Below are positions 25,406-37,357 of a stretch of DNA of 64,000 bases, piece by piece (position 1 is the first letter of the stretch; every line of letters begins with the position of its first letter). The position numbers and the translations under genes were made by a program. Below the pieces are notes generated by a model. That model was not told the origin of the DNA. It did no database searches and saw only the letters and a list, made by a program, of their open reading frames with translations. The stretch covers positions 28,086,001 through 28,150,000 of the forward strand of contig NC_086124.1 in NCBI RefSeq assembly GCF_963921235.1, given 5' to 3'. This DNA comes from Mobula hypostoma (taxonomy: Eukaryota).

Positions 25406-27010
25406 TGTAGGTTTCTGCAAATACAACAAAGTGAGGCGTTTTAGATGCAACGAAACCCGTAACATTGTTTGAACTCCAAGACCTACACAACAAAACCGCG
25501 CTCAAACCCTGTTACTTAACAGCGTCATCACGTCAGGCCAGCCTCTTAAAGTGAAACCTCAACTCACTGGGTACATTTCTCCCAATCACATTACCCTGCA
25601 CAGAAACCCCTCCCCGCAACCACCATCACCTCCAGTCCCCCAGTATTCGCTAAAACCGGCATTGTAAACCTGTCTGGAGGTCAGACGAACCGCCCGGCTC
25701 GGGTCCTGCGTTCCATGGGTGGAGGAACAGCAGGTGCATCTGGCTTGTCCAGAGGTGTGTTGACACGCTCATGGTAATATTGCGATGCTTGGGGAATATT
25801 ACAAATCCTGCTGGCCGGTTTAAGTCGAAAAACGTTCAGGTTTGCCTCTCTTAGCTATGATAAAAGTATATTCTTCCGGCTCCAAAACGTGGAAGAAGCC
25901 TTTGTAAGGGGCCTAAGGGGATGTTGGTGTGCGTCATGACGGACGAAAACAAACGAAGGGGAATGCAGGTCAACAGGTACCCAAGAGTGTTGTATGCCTT
26001 GATAGGAGTTAGGACTAGGTGAAAAGGAATTGAATTTACTGTTGAGAGGCTTCCAGAGGGTCATGCCGTGAGGAATGAAATCACCTGGCACACTTAACGT
26101 CTGGCCGTATACCAGCTCAGCCGCAGACGACCGCGGTTCCTCCTTTGGAGCAGATCTGAGTCCCAGGAGGACCCATGAAAACCGATCATGCCAACAATCA
26201 TCGGCCAGGGAAACCCTTAGAGCACCCTTTAAGGACGGTGAACACACTCACAACGGCCATTGGATTGATGGTGATACGCCGTGGTATGGTGTATCCTAAA
26301 GCCGATGTTTTGGGCCATCGCAGCTCTGAGCCCTGAAATTAAATGGGGATGGCGATCAAAGGAGATATCAGATGGGGTGCCAAACCAAGCAACCTAGGTG
26401 CTGATTAATGTCCGGGACACGTCCGCGGCCATTGTCGATTCTAGAGGGACGACCTCTGGCCACCTGGTGGTCCACCATGGTAAGAAGGTGCGTGAACCCG
26501 CAGGAGGGAGTAGATGACCAGTAAAGCCCTCATTGACATGGTCACACCGTCGCTCAGGGACCTCAGAAGGTGTCAATCGCGCCTAAGCATGATGGTTAAT
26601 TTTTCCCGCTGGCACTCCACACGAACTGCGGTCCTATCATACACGTCTTTTATGAGGTGGTGCCAAACAAACTGTAGTGCAACCAATTTATAGGAGGCCT
26701 TCCGGTCCGGATGCGAGAGGCCATGTATGGAGTCAAAATCAGTCCGTGTTCAGTTTGTGGACACAATGGAGCGAGGGCGACTGGTTAAGACATCACACAG
26801 GAGAGAAACCCCACTCTTCCCGGACTTAATGTCAGCCACCGCAGGTCCATGACTGCTGTTCAGTAAGCCTGGTCAGTAACTTGGTCACACGCAGGCATGA
26901 TCAACCCCGCTGTGTATGGCCTCAGTGGCTCGCCGTGAGAGACAATCGGGCATGGCATTATTTTCCCCTTGAAATGTTGTATATATTTTCTGAACTCGTA
27001 TATGTTTTTT
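25406..27010 (-). mobile_element. Gypsy/Ty3 LTR retrotransposon remnant: RNase H end, integrase, PPT and 3' LTR (25406-25602)
   Basis: NAMPDCLSR; TTRWPEVVPL..TMAADVSR; WVLLGLRSAPKEE..SSAAELVYGQTL.VPGDF. Purine tract gcggggagggg precedes TG at 25602; the LTR ends CA at 25406. Confidence 0.8.
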
Positions 27011-28453
27011 GAACTCGGATATGTACAGGCCGAGAAAAATCAAACGCTCACAAGTTAACTCTTTCATTCCAGCAATCAGTCTCATGAACGTCCCTTGGAC
27101 TCCCTCCAATGCCAGCAAATCTGTTCTCAGGTAAAGGGCCCAAAACCGCTCACAATACTCTGACCTCTTCCCATCGCACCATCGTGGGACCTGAATGCAC
27201 CTTACAGGGCAAGAAAGTAATTCACTTACATTTTTTCCAGTCTAGTCCACAGCATTCAATATTCACACGGTGGTTTCTTCTACCAGAGGAACCAAACAAA
27301 GGCTTAGGTGAGTGGCAGAATTCAGTCAGTGGGAGTGAGCTGAGACCTCCCATTCCCCACTGGAGGGAAGTCAGTGGCTTGAGTAGAAATGTCAGGAGGT
27401 GGGGGAGATACAGCGAGGGAGACTCTCATTTCACGAGGACTAGAATATAAAAGCAACAATGTCATGCTGAGGCTTTTTAAGGCATTGGTGAGAGTATTGT
27501 GGGAACTTCTGGGCCCCTTATCGAAGAAAGGATGCACTGGAACTAACTCTAAGCCTCTAAACTACATCCTGAACATTACCAGAAATTTATATCATGTAAG
27601 GAGTAACATGACGACTGGCGATGAGGTAAGAGTTAGGAGTAGATCAGCAACTAGGGGCTTAGGGTTACTAATGGGGGTTAGGGTTTTAAATTGGGGTATG
27701 GTCTTTGTCTCTCAGTCGCTCTTTTTCTGTCTCCCCGCCTGCACCATCTCTCCCATCAATCCCCAACCTATTTCCCTGAACCTTTCTACCTGTGCTTCCC
27801 CGTCTCCTCCTATCCTCGATCTGCCTCTTCTCCCTCCCTTCTCTGTCTCCCTCCTTCTATCTCTCTCTCTCTCACTCTTTCACCTTTCATCTCCCTCCCT
27901 CTCTGTATCTCTCTTAGTCTGTCTTCTCGCTGTTACTGTCCCCTTCCCTGTCCTTCCATGTTTCTTCCCCATGCCTTTCTGTAACTACTGTCCTGGACAG
28001 CTTCTAACTTGTATCATAGAGTCTTGAAGAGTCAAAGAGCAATCCAGCATGGATACAGGCCTTTTGGCCCAGCCAATCCATGCAAACCATGGCGCCCTCT
28101 CAGCTTGTCCCAGTTTCCTGAATTTGCCACAGTCAGCTGTGGAGATCAAGAGAAGGGATGTCTTTAAAGTGGAGGTTGATAGATTCTTGGTTCGTAAGGA
28201 TGTCAAAGGTTACAGGGAAAGACTAGAGAATCGAGCAGAGAGGGAAAATGTGATGATGGAAAGCCAGAACATAATAAATGGGTCGAAAGGCCTAACACTA
28301 CTCCTGTGTTTTATGGTCTCTTCTGGCAACTACCATATGCCAAAAGAGACCATAAGCCATAAGAGTAGTGTTAGGTTTTTCAGACCGTCGATTCTATTTT
28401 GCCATTCAGTCATGGCTGATCTATTTTCTTTCTCTACTCCATTCTCCACCCCT

Positions 28454-29211
28454 TGTAATATTGATCAGTGAGGCACAGAGTATCTGTAATTACTGACAAG
28501 TAACCTTTAATGTCTCATCTTAAAAGCACATGGGTTCACAAACTAACTACCTGTGTGGACTCCACTAGAATCCCTGATGCCTCCCCATGAAGGTAAATGA
28601 AAAGAAAAGATATTACCCAGGAAAAGGTGGCTACACTGCCGAGGCATCCTTCGTGGTTCTGATTTCCACGTGTCCGTGGGATTCTCCTTATCCGTGATGG
28701 TTGGTGTCTGGCAGCTGGAGAGTTATTGCCCCGACATATTTAGAGCTCCTGGCTCTTATAGTGTTCCGCATTAATTGAACTGGTGGATCTCCATCCCATT
28801 GGCTCAAGCTCACCTGACCTATCTGTGTCTCTTTCTTACTGGTTCTAGTCCAGGGCTACAACCAACATTGTTTCATGGTTCTGCCCACCTCACCCTTGTG
28901 TGTATGTGTCTTTCAACATTGACTGGTCCAAACCAGTTTAATGAGGTGACCCAGACAGAGATTACAGGTTGCTTCTTTGGTAGGTCTGGCACTTTCCATA
29001 ATAAGTAGCTACTCGTCTGAGAATGGTCTCAGGTTTAGCAGGTCATCACCCGAAGCTGCTTGTGTCCACTTTCAGTTGCTCTGATTAGGGTATCCCGGAG
29101 CAAGAATCAGTTCAAAGTCTACAAAATTGAGAGAACCAAAGACTGTCTGCTTCCCCTGTCCTTGATTCATCAAATCCACTAATTGCAGATTGTAGTTTCT
29201 TCTGGCCAACA
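28454..29211 (-). mobile_element. 3' LTR of an env-bearing provirus
   Basis: On the minus strand, PPT agagaagagaga (29212-29223) is directly followed by TGTTGG; TATA-like ctataag and attaaa are present; ends ..ATTACA at 28454. Confidence 0.6.
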
Positions 29212-29429
29212 TCTCTCTTCTCTTGATCCAAAAATATTTGCCAGGATCATTATCCTCCTCTCATTCAGTTGACTGCCCATAGGACTGCCATGGAACTCCA
29301 ATAGGTGTGCAATACTTACATTCTCTAACTAATATTAACAGTTACTTACTAAATTCACCCAGTTTATACTGACAATCATCTGTGCTGTTTCATGAAAGTA
29401 TTATCCTCTACTTTTCCACTTTGTTCCAT

Positions 29430-30960
29430 TATTTCAGCTTCTATCTTCTCAGTTGATATACATTGAGCAATACAATTATCAGGGTACATAAATTTAGTAT
29501 TACAGCACCATGTGATACTACCCTTACTCACGGATGTACTTGAACATTTGTTCCCCAATTGCAAAACTTACACTAAAAGCCTGGGTCACTCAATATTTCA
29601 CATGCCTTACCAGCATGTGTTTTAATTACTTTAGTGAGCTCAGTCCATTGATGGATTATCTACCTTGCCTCCTCCACAACATGAGTCCAGTCTGCAGTCA
29701 AGTGAGGAATAGGTGGCAGTTCACTAACAACTTAAATCCCACGGATATTCATTTGTATCAGAGCGTTGGATCTTGAAATTCTCCTTCATTGCTGTGTCTC
29801 CTGCTGGCTGAGGCAAAGTTCATTCTCCAATGGCCTGATCTAAACACACATTCCCTATGGCGAAATTGTGACTTTCCAAAGGGCATTGTTTCCATCCCTT
29901 GGTATAACTTGTGGCCCCTGTTCCTCTATAATATGTCTGTCCCACCAGTCATATTGTAAATAGACTGATTATTCACAGGCAAAATAGACAATGAACAATT
30001 TTCATAAGTACTGAAACCACAGTTTGTAAGCTTCTGCTTTGTAATTTCTTTTGAACAAGACCGGTGGCCCTGATGGCATCTTGATAATCTATCCCTTTCC
30101 CAGTTCTATTCATAGTAATAGCATGTCTTGGTGGGTTAGTTGGGGATATCTTCTATTCTCATGATATTTACCAATATTGTGAACCCTTTTCAAAGGGTAG
30201 GGTGAATTATTTCCATGTCAGAGAATGTGGAATACTACTCTGACATAAAACCTTCCTTTACCATCATCACAGGTACCCAGTACTCTGTTGGGTATTGTAA
30301 GACTCCGTATATGAGACAATGGCGCCCTTTCTCTGACCCATTCTTTTAGCTAATCATCTGAGACCCAATCAGGTACTTGATGTGCATAAAGTTGCGATAA
30401 ATTAGTGCCAATCATGATAAGCAATCAACTAGCAAATGTAGCACGGATCTCAGTTTTATTCATTTCCTTAGACATGAGGTCTATATGGTCAATAATCAGA
30501 TGTATTGAAATTTAACCACAACCAGAGTTACCTGGGAGGCACCTCGACCAATCTGATTAGTTTATACCTGATCTTGATAATTTTCTCCAGTAATATCCCT
30601 TGTTTTCTGCTGTATCTGGTTTTCTAATTCTGTTAAATCAAGGATGTTGACCCTGATGCATAACCTAACCCACTACCTGTAATTCCAATAGTTGCCTGAC
30701 TTTTAATAGGCATCACTTTCCCATCAGAGAGTTTAGCTGGTCTGCGTATCTTCCTTTCCCATGCTCTACTCATTTTCCTCAGTGCCCATGCCCCAGTATG
30801 TTTGGTTTGGAAGGATCAAACATTTCCAGTGCCTTTTTAGATACATCAGTACTGTGAGACACCGGTGTTCTCAACCATCTATTTAAGGCCTCTGGTCCTA
30901 AATGCTGTTCCATACACCGCTGGGAACACCGTCCACAAACGGGATGCAAATGCAGTGGGA
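29430..30960 (-). pseudogene. Degenerate retroviral-type env / class I fusion glycoprotein
   Basis: Across stops and frameshifts: fusion-peptide-like ATIGITGSGLGYA (about 30655-30696), heptad LDLTELENQIQQK, VHNIGKY, Cys-rich C..C..NCGFSTYENCSL, second helix, TM GAVILNLCTLIIVLLNVYQLRR (about 29455-29515). Confidence 0.6.
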
Positions 30961-30999
30961 TATTCACCACTCCTCTGGTAACATTTGTCTAGCCCGTCT

Positions 31000-31728
31000 A
31001 CCAGGTGCTCCCCCATAAGTAGGGTACGCGGCTATGATGCACCCACGGCGTAGATTCGACGCAGAAGTATAAATTGGCCTTGACAGTGAAAATTGTGTTC
31101 TTCAGTTCCTCATTTGTTCCCTCACCATGCCATTTTATAGCTGGAAGAAAAGAGTTTATGGATGTAAACACTTTAGAATCAATTTCCTTTCCTCAGAATT
31201 ATCTAGGCCATGTATAGCACTCTGATGACTAGTTGCTTGGAAAGGCTTTCAAGGATCGTTTCTGAGCACAAATGTCCCGATATTCTTAGCAAAATCTCTA
31301 AAATGCCCGAAAAGTGTGGTGTATGTTATATTCTGATTTTGATTCTCTCCCCTTGCTCCCCCCTCTCCGATAGTAACTATGGATGCCAATCGTGCAGACA
31401 GTAGCACCAGCTCCCGCGGGCAGGGAGCTGGTGGGAGTTCCTCGGGAAGCGGTGCTTAGTAGTTATCGTAGCCATATCTAGTAGCTTCATCTGCTAAATC
31501 GTGCCAATCAATATCTCCATATTCACCTTCCTACCCTTGTTCAGAGGCAAAAGCACATATTATTCCTTGTTGTGCAGAAAGTTGGTCCTGCAGCTTTTGA
31601 ATCTGCTTTAAACTCTTTGCATGATCGCCAGTGTTACTCTTGCTTTCCTGTGCTGATTTCTGAATCACATTCACAGCCCGATCTATCTGTGACACCTCCT
31701 TAAATGAATTATTCTCATTTAAACTCAT
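31000..31728 (-). pseudogene. gag-like remnant (coiled coil plus capsid-like) joined to the integrase C-terminal end; most of pol deleted
   Basis: MSLNENN..LKQIQKLQDQLSAQQ; FAKNIGTF..EERKLILKCL; VESTPWVHHSRVP at about 31022-31060 resembles the retroviral IN C-terminal W.H motif. Confidence 0.4.
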
Positions 31729-31864
31729 CAGGGCTCACTTTATTCACGGAAATAATTATTTCATTATCACTCATGCGTTAAAAATAAAATTGCACAGGCA
31801 GGGGTGTTAAAAGACAACATCCAACAGCCTAGAAAATCAGCCAGTCTGGCACATCATTAGGATT

Positions 31865-32165
31865 TTGCAGCATTGTAGCGTAGCGGTTAGCAAAATGCCA
31901 TTAAAGCGGCAGCAATCACCAATTGGTGTTCAATTCCTGCTGCTGTCTGTAAGGAGTTTGTACTTTCTCCCCATGACGGTGTGTGTTTCCTCCAGGAGCT
32001 CCCGTTTCCTCCCACGTACAGTTAGTGTTAGCAAGCTGTGGGCAGGCTATCCTGGTGCCAGAAGCATGGCGACACTTGCAGCCTGCCCTTGGCACAATCT
32101 TCACTGATTGATCGATGCATTTCACTGTATGTGTCAAGGTAGATGTGACAACTAAAGCCAATCTT
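31865..32165 (+). mobile_element. tRNA-derived V-SINE
   Basis: A-box-like tagcgtagcggttagc, B-box-like ggtgttcaattcct, core tgtttcctccaggagctcccgtttcctccc. Confidence 0.65.
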
Positions 32166-32640
32166 CACCTTAATCTTTAAGAAGACAGATAGATTTCTGC
32201 AAGTAGAAGTCATCGAAGAGTGTGAGGAAAGAACAAAAGCATCTCGTTTTGATGGGATTAGACATTATCGTAATGAATGAGGCAAAAGACTTGAGGTGCA
32301 AGTGAAATAACACAGAAATACTGGAAATCTTAGACAATTCCAGTTAAGTATCTGCAGTGTTTTTTTTCCTGAGTTTCACAAACCTTCAAAGCCAACCACC
32401 TGTTCCAGCTTATATGAAGAGGGTTACCTTCAAGATGGGCCGATACGCACTGACCCCCTGAATCTGCCCGGGTCTGGGGATTCACGTGGGCAGGAGGCAT
32501 GAGGACAGGTGATCCCTTTGGTGTCCGAGTTGGCAAGTCTGGAGTTCAAGGTCCTTTCACTGGCAGGTCTTGGGGTCGATAGCAAATATCGAAGCCTGCA
32601 GGTCAAACGGAAGTCTGGAGGGTGACAAATTAATCTTTAT

Positions 32641-33502
32641 TGTTACGTACCCCGTAACTGGGTTGCCAAACCAGCAGAAATGGATCACTCAGTTGGAGTC
32701 TGGATTACTAGAACTAAGAAAGTTTTATTAAAGAAACAAGCAACACAGTAATCGAAAGGATAATAAATGCAACAGTTCAGCAATGATAAACACATATGTG
32801 CACAGAATTAAGATAACAGCATCAATCAAGCTCTATCGTTGTCTAGGGGTAAATGACCAATTTCAAAGTGACACAAAAGTCCAGTTCGATTTAATAGTTC
32901 AGTTCGCAGTAATTGTTGCCATGGCGATGGACAACGTGGGGGGAGAGAGAGAGGACGGGAACGACTGATCATTCAGAAACGGCTTCCACTCATAGACCGG
33001 CGATATTGCTCACAAGCAGCTTTCGGGCGGGTCCTTTGTGATGTTACCTGAGGTCACCGACTGTGACCCCTCCTCCAGATGCGGTCGATCCTCTGCCGTG
33101 AACCCGGCACCCAAGCGAGGGTGGACACACACCGGGTTCCCTCTGATCGTACCTTTCCACCCTGTGCGTTTAAGGTCCGATACTTCCCACCGACTCGTGA
33201 GAGGTGCACCGCTTCCAGGGTCTCGTTACCTCGGGTGGTGTGTGTGTCTGTCTTAGCGAACCTGTCCCTTTTTATCCCCCTGCTGGGGTATCGCCTGTCC
33301 ATCACTTCAAACAGTTCAGGGTTCAAAGGGGGAGCCGCTCCAGACAGCTCTCTCTCCCGTCCCTTCATTACACATCTCCAGATGCTGCTTCATTGTTCCT
33401 TATCTCTCCTTCCCCTGAGGGCAGGTGGAAGACCAACTGCTGATGCCACTGATGCTAACCCAGGCCAGCAAACATCTTAATTTTATGTGTATTCTCGTCA
33501 CA
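32641..33502 (-). mobile_element. Solo LTR (862 bp) with 4-bp TSD TTAT
   Basis: TGTTAC...GTCACA, with TTAT at 32637-32640 and 33503-33506; CpG-rich; minus-strand aataaa at about 32724. Confidence 0.8.
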
Positions 33503-33999
33503 TTATCATTACCTTTAAGAAGAAAGATAGATTTCTGGATGTAAAAATTATCAAAATGAGTAAGTAAAGAGAAAGAATATGTTGAAATCAGAGTATCAGT
33601 TCCAATCATATTGAATGAAGCAAAAGACCTGAAGTATTGAAATAGGCAAGTGAAAAAAACACGGCATAGATTTAGTGACCATCCGCTTGATATCGTCTTG
33701 TAGACCTCCATGAAGTCATCTCTCGCCTTCCTTCGCTCCAAAGAGAAAAGCCTGAGCTCGCTTAGTCATTTCTCATAAGACATGCTCACCACTCCAGGCA
33801 GAATCCCGGTAAATCACCTCTGCACCCTCTCTAAAGCTTCCATGTCCTTCCTATGAGGTGACCAAAACTGAACACAATACTCCAAATGGGGTCAAACCAG
33901 CGTTTAATAGAGCTGCAACATTACCTCCTCACTCTTGAATTAAATTCCCTGACTAATTGAAGGTGAGTACACCGTACCCTTTCTTAAAGCATAACAGTG

Positions 34000-34620
34000 G
34001 AAAGGTGAGCGGTTTCTCTTGGGTGTTAACATCTCTGAAGCTCTAATCTGGGTTCAACATATTGATACAATTACAAAGAAGTCTCAATGGCGGCTGTATT
34101 TCATTGGGAGTTGGAAGAAAATTGGTATGTCACTACGGACACATGCAGATTTCTATAGATGTACCATGGGGAGCATTCAAACTGGTTGCATCGCAGTTTG
34201 TTATGGAGGGGCCATGACACAGGATCAGAAAACTCTGTAGAAAGTTGTAAACTCAGCCAGCTGCATCATGGGCACTAGCCTCCTCAACATCCAGGACATC
34301 TTCAAAAGGCGATACCTCAGGCAGGTAGCATCCATCACTGAGGACATGTCTTCTCTTTGCTACCATCAAGGAGGAGGTATGGGAGCCTGAGGAGGCACAT
34401 TCAATGTTTCAGGGACAGAATCTTCCCCTCTTCCATCAGATTTCTGAATGGACAATGAACCCATGAACAGCACCTCAGAATTTTTCCCTCTCTTTTTGCA
34501 GTACTTATTTAATTCTATATGTCCTCCTTATTGTAATTCATAGTTTTATATGTCAATAATTGCCACAAGACAACAAATCAACAATTTACATGACATATGC
34601 CAGTGGTATTAAACCTGATC
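34000..34620 (+). mobile_element. Rex/Babar-type LINE 3' end
   Basis: MGVNISEALIW..TKKSQWRLYF..FYRCTMGSIQTGCIAVCYG..KTL. Confidence 0.6.
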
Positions 34621-34705
34621 TGATAACTTGTCCTACCAAACATTGAGCGATCTATGGATGTGAGCCCCAAGATCCCTTTGCTTCTCCCCACTATTCATTA
34701 GGGGC

Positions 34706-34809
34706 ATGTCTAGTTCTGGTCTACAGTACTACAGCTGGGGTGGCTTCTGCTCCCGTAAACTTTGTTGTATCCAATACTCTCAGCCATTTCTGATAGTCAC
34801 ACAGTCAAC
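34706..34809 (+). pseudogene. Candidate leader exon of an MHC-like pseudogene
   Basis: Removing one copy of the tandem ctacagta duplication gives MSSSGLQLGWLLLP*TLLYPILSAISDSHTVN|gtaagt, which is signal-peptide-like with an internal stop; the donor phase does not match cleanly. Confidence 0.4.
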
Positions 34810-34986
34810 GTAAGTGTGGTCTAACAAGTGAGCATGGGAGCAAATGGATTGAAATTGTAACTTATAGTCAGATGGAACCTGCAACTCAGAAGACATAAAT
34901 CACCGTGTTTCAGGCAATTCATTCGCAACACACCCTACCCTTGAGACGACTCTTCAACTATCCTTCTTCTCAATTGTGCTCATCAG

Positions 34987-35267
34987 GGAAGACAGTCGAC
35001 TGCTACACAGCTCTGTGGTTCTCAGAAACGGGCCTGCGATTTGGTTACGATGGCAAAGACATCACCTATTTTGATTTCCCTGTCAGGAAATTTGTGGCCA
35101 GTATTCCACTGTTGGAAGACTTTATCAGTGGTCTGAACCACCTCAAACCCTGTCTTTGAAGTCACCCGTACCAAGGAAGTTCTGATCCTGAATGCCAAGC
35201 TGTCTACATCATTAACATCATGGAAGTTATGTTGAACTTGGAACAGAGCCAACTCTACAAATGCAAG
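34987..35267 (+). pseudogene. MHC groove-type (alpha1/beta1-like) exon with a premature stop; possible W-category gene
   Basis: Acceptor ctcatcag|GG. Reads GKTVDCYTALWFSETGLRFGYDGKDITYFDFPVRKFVASIPLLEDFISGLNH; TGA at 35157, then ..YIINIMEVMLNL. Homologous to exon 49013-49270 (KFVA.P, LNH, NIM..VM). Confidence 0.7.
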
Positions 35268-35981
35268 GCAAATTGCTGACAACAGCGCCCCCACCAGTTT
35301 CTTTACAAAACTACATTTATTGTAAATTCAAACCACTGCAGTGCTCTGATACACTGCATTACAAACCAGAAACAGGCAAATTATGACTAATACAGTTTAA
35401 GCTAACACATTCCTATCCTCATCGAGGATAGCATTTAGCCCCTGCCACCCAGAGTGCCCAAAGGTCTCGAAGTACCTCTGTACTACCCATCATCACTGTG
35501 CATGTTATTTTTCCAGATCTGCCCAGGCACGGGCATCCCCCTCTCCCTCAAACATTGCCAGGTAATCAGCTTGGTCAGAACCCTCCACTACCCACCTCCA
35601 AAACCCACAGGTAATTATCTTACCCAGCTACCAGGAGCAGGTTAACTGGGGCATCAGCCTTTCTCCCTGCCCCTCCGTACTGGATGACCAAGGATGAATA
35701 GGGTGTGGCTGACAGTGTCCCCACCGTCTGTGCACTGACACAATAAGGTCAGTCAGCATAGGAGCAGACCCTGTGGCCCATCATCACTATGCTGTCCATC
35801 AGAGTCACCCAGCTCGGGAACAGGCCTTGTTCCTGTCAGTAATCTTATGTACATGTAATGCCCTGGTTCATATTTTTTTTTACTGTTATGCTGTTTTGTA
35901 TTTCATTTTGTGCTGTTCTGTATGAGCTGCTTGTTTTCAGCTTACGTTTGGGTTATTGTTGAAGATAAGAGATGGGAGAAT

Positions 35982-36457
35982 TGTGTGCCATCCAATTAGG
36001 ATGGTCGGATTAAGGGAGGTTTCTCTGGTGAGGGACACCAAGGTTGGGCTTGGGGCTCTTGTCAGAGAGAGATGAAGAGAGAGGATGCGGGAGAGAAGAG
36101 GGTGTAGGATTGGACCCAGAGCAGGACCGTGATTCGACAAAGCCCGGGGTGATCGATGGAGGATCACCGATAGGGAAACCGAGAGTCCAACTTGTGCACA
36201 TTAGACTGCTTCACAAAAATGGGCCCTTTTCATTTTTTTTGTTCTTTCTTCACTAACCCTTTCGTCAACTTAAGAATTGTAAAGCTAAATCTTTTAACTG
36301 AATGCGTTGTACTGTCTGTAATTTCATAGCACTCATTTGTAACAGGGTAACGAATTGCACACAAACAGGGGGTTTCGGGGTGGGCTCGTGACTTAGTCTC
36401 ACATGTTTGGCGGGGCCGGAGATTGTCTTCCCTGGACTTACGAAGCCGAGGATAACA
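35982..36457 (+). mobile_element. LTR related to 1299-1932, probable TSD GAAT
   Basis: Shares actaaccct..gtactgtctg..cacacaaac..gtttggcggggcc..ttgtcttc. TG at 35982 and ACA at 36457 are flanked by GAAT; the 5' boundary is less certain. Confidence 0.5.
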
Positions 36458-36611
36458 GAATCCTGTACCTACTGTCACTTTGTGTACATACAATCAGTCC
36501 CTGTGTATAAGCTAATCTTGAGTATATATGGCTGCACTCAAACTGTCACTTGTACATTCTGTTTTATAGAATTGCTAACAACAGGAATTCTGCAGATGCT
36601 GGAAATTCAAG

Positions 36612-36750
36612 CAACACACATAAAAGTTGCTGGTGAACGCAGCAGGCCAGGCAGCATCTTCGTCAGATCTCGGCCTGAAACGTCGACTGTACCTCTTCCT
36701 AGAGATGCTGCCTGGCCTGCTGCGTTCACCAGCAACTTTTATGTGTGTTG
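36612..36750. repeat. Perfect 48-bp inverted repeat of the PLE tail around a half-hammerhead spacer
   Basis: 36612-36659 is the exact reverse complement of 36703-36750; the 43-nt spacer contains tctcggcctgaaacgtcgactgt. Confidence 0.9.
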
Positions 36751-37357
36751 TTTATAGAATTGGTTTTATATTTACTGGTCTTTTTATTGTATTGTTTTGT
36801 GCCGCTTTGGACTGGGAGTAACAATCATTTTGTTTGCCTTTACACTCCTGTACTGAAGAATGACAATAAATAATCTTCCACCTTGAACCGAATTAATCTG
36901 AACGAGTAGCCTAACGAAGGTACAGTGTATGCCATCCATGCAGATCATTTCGTTACAACTGTGCATTGAGGTAGTACGAGGATAAAACAATAATAGAATA
37001 CAGAACAAACAGATACAGTTTCAGAGTGTAAGTAGGTAGACAATAAGATGTAAGGCCATGGAGAGGCACACGGTGAGATCCAGAGCCCATCTTGTCATAC
37101 TAGGGAACGATTCAATGGTCTTCAAACAGCAGGACAGAAACCTGCATTTGGTCCATGTCCCTCTGAACCAGGGGTTCTCAACATTGTTTTACGCATGGAC
37201 CCTGACCATTAACAGAGGCATCTCAGAACCCCAGGAAGGGAACCACTGCTCTTAATCTTTCCTATCCATGTGGGAATGCTACGAAGGCTTCAAAAGCATG
37301 GCAAGGCCTGCAGCACAACACTTAGTCTGTGATCATAGCTCACACAAAGCGTTGCTC

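Noticed and set aside
35941-36520. Possible Ig exon interrupted by the LTR (YVWVIVEDKRWENPVPTVTLC)
   Set aside because: It lacks the FxP and W motifs and has stops; the flanks look like a LINE 3' UTR.
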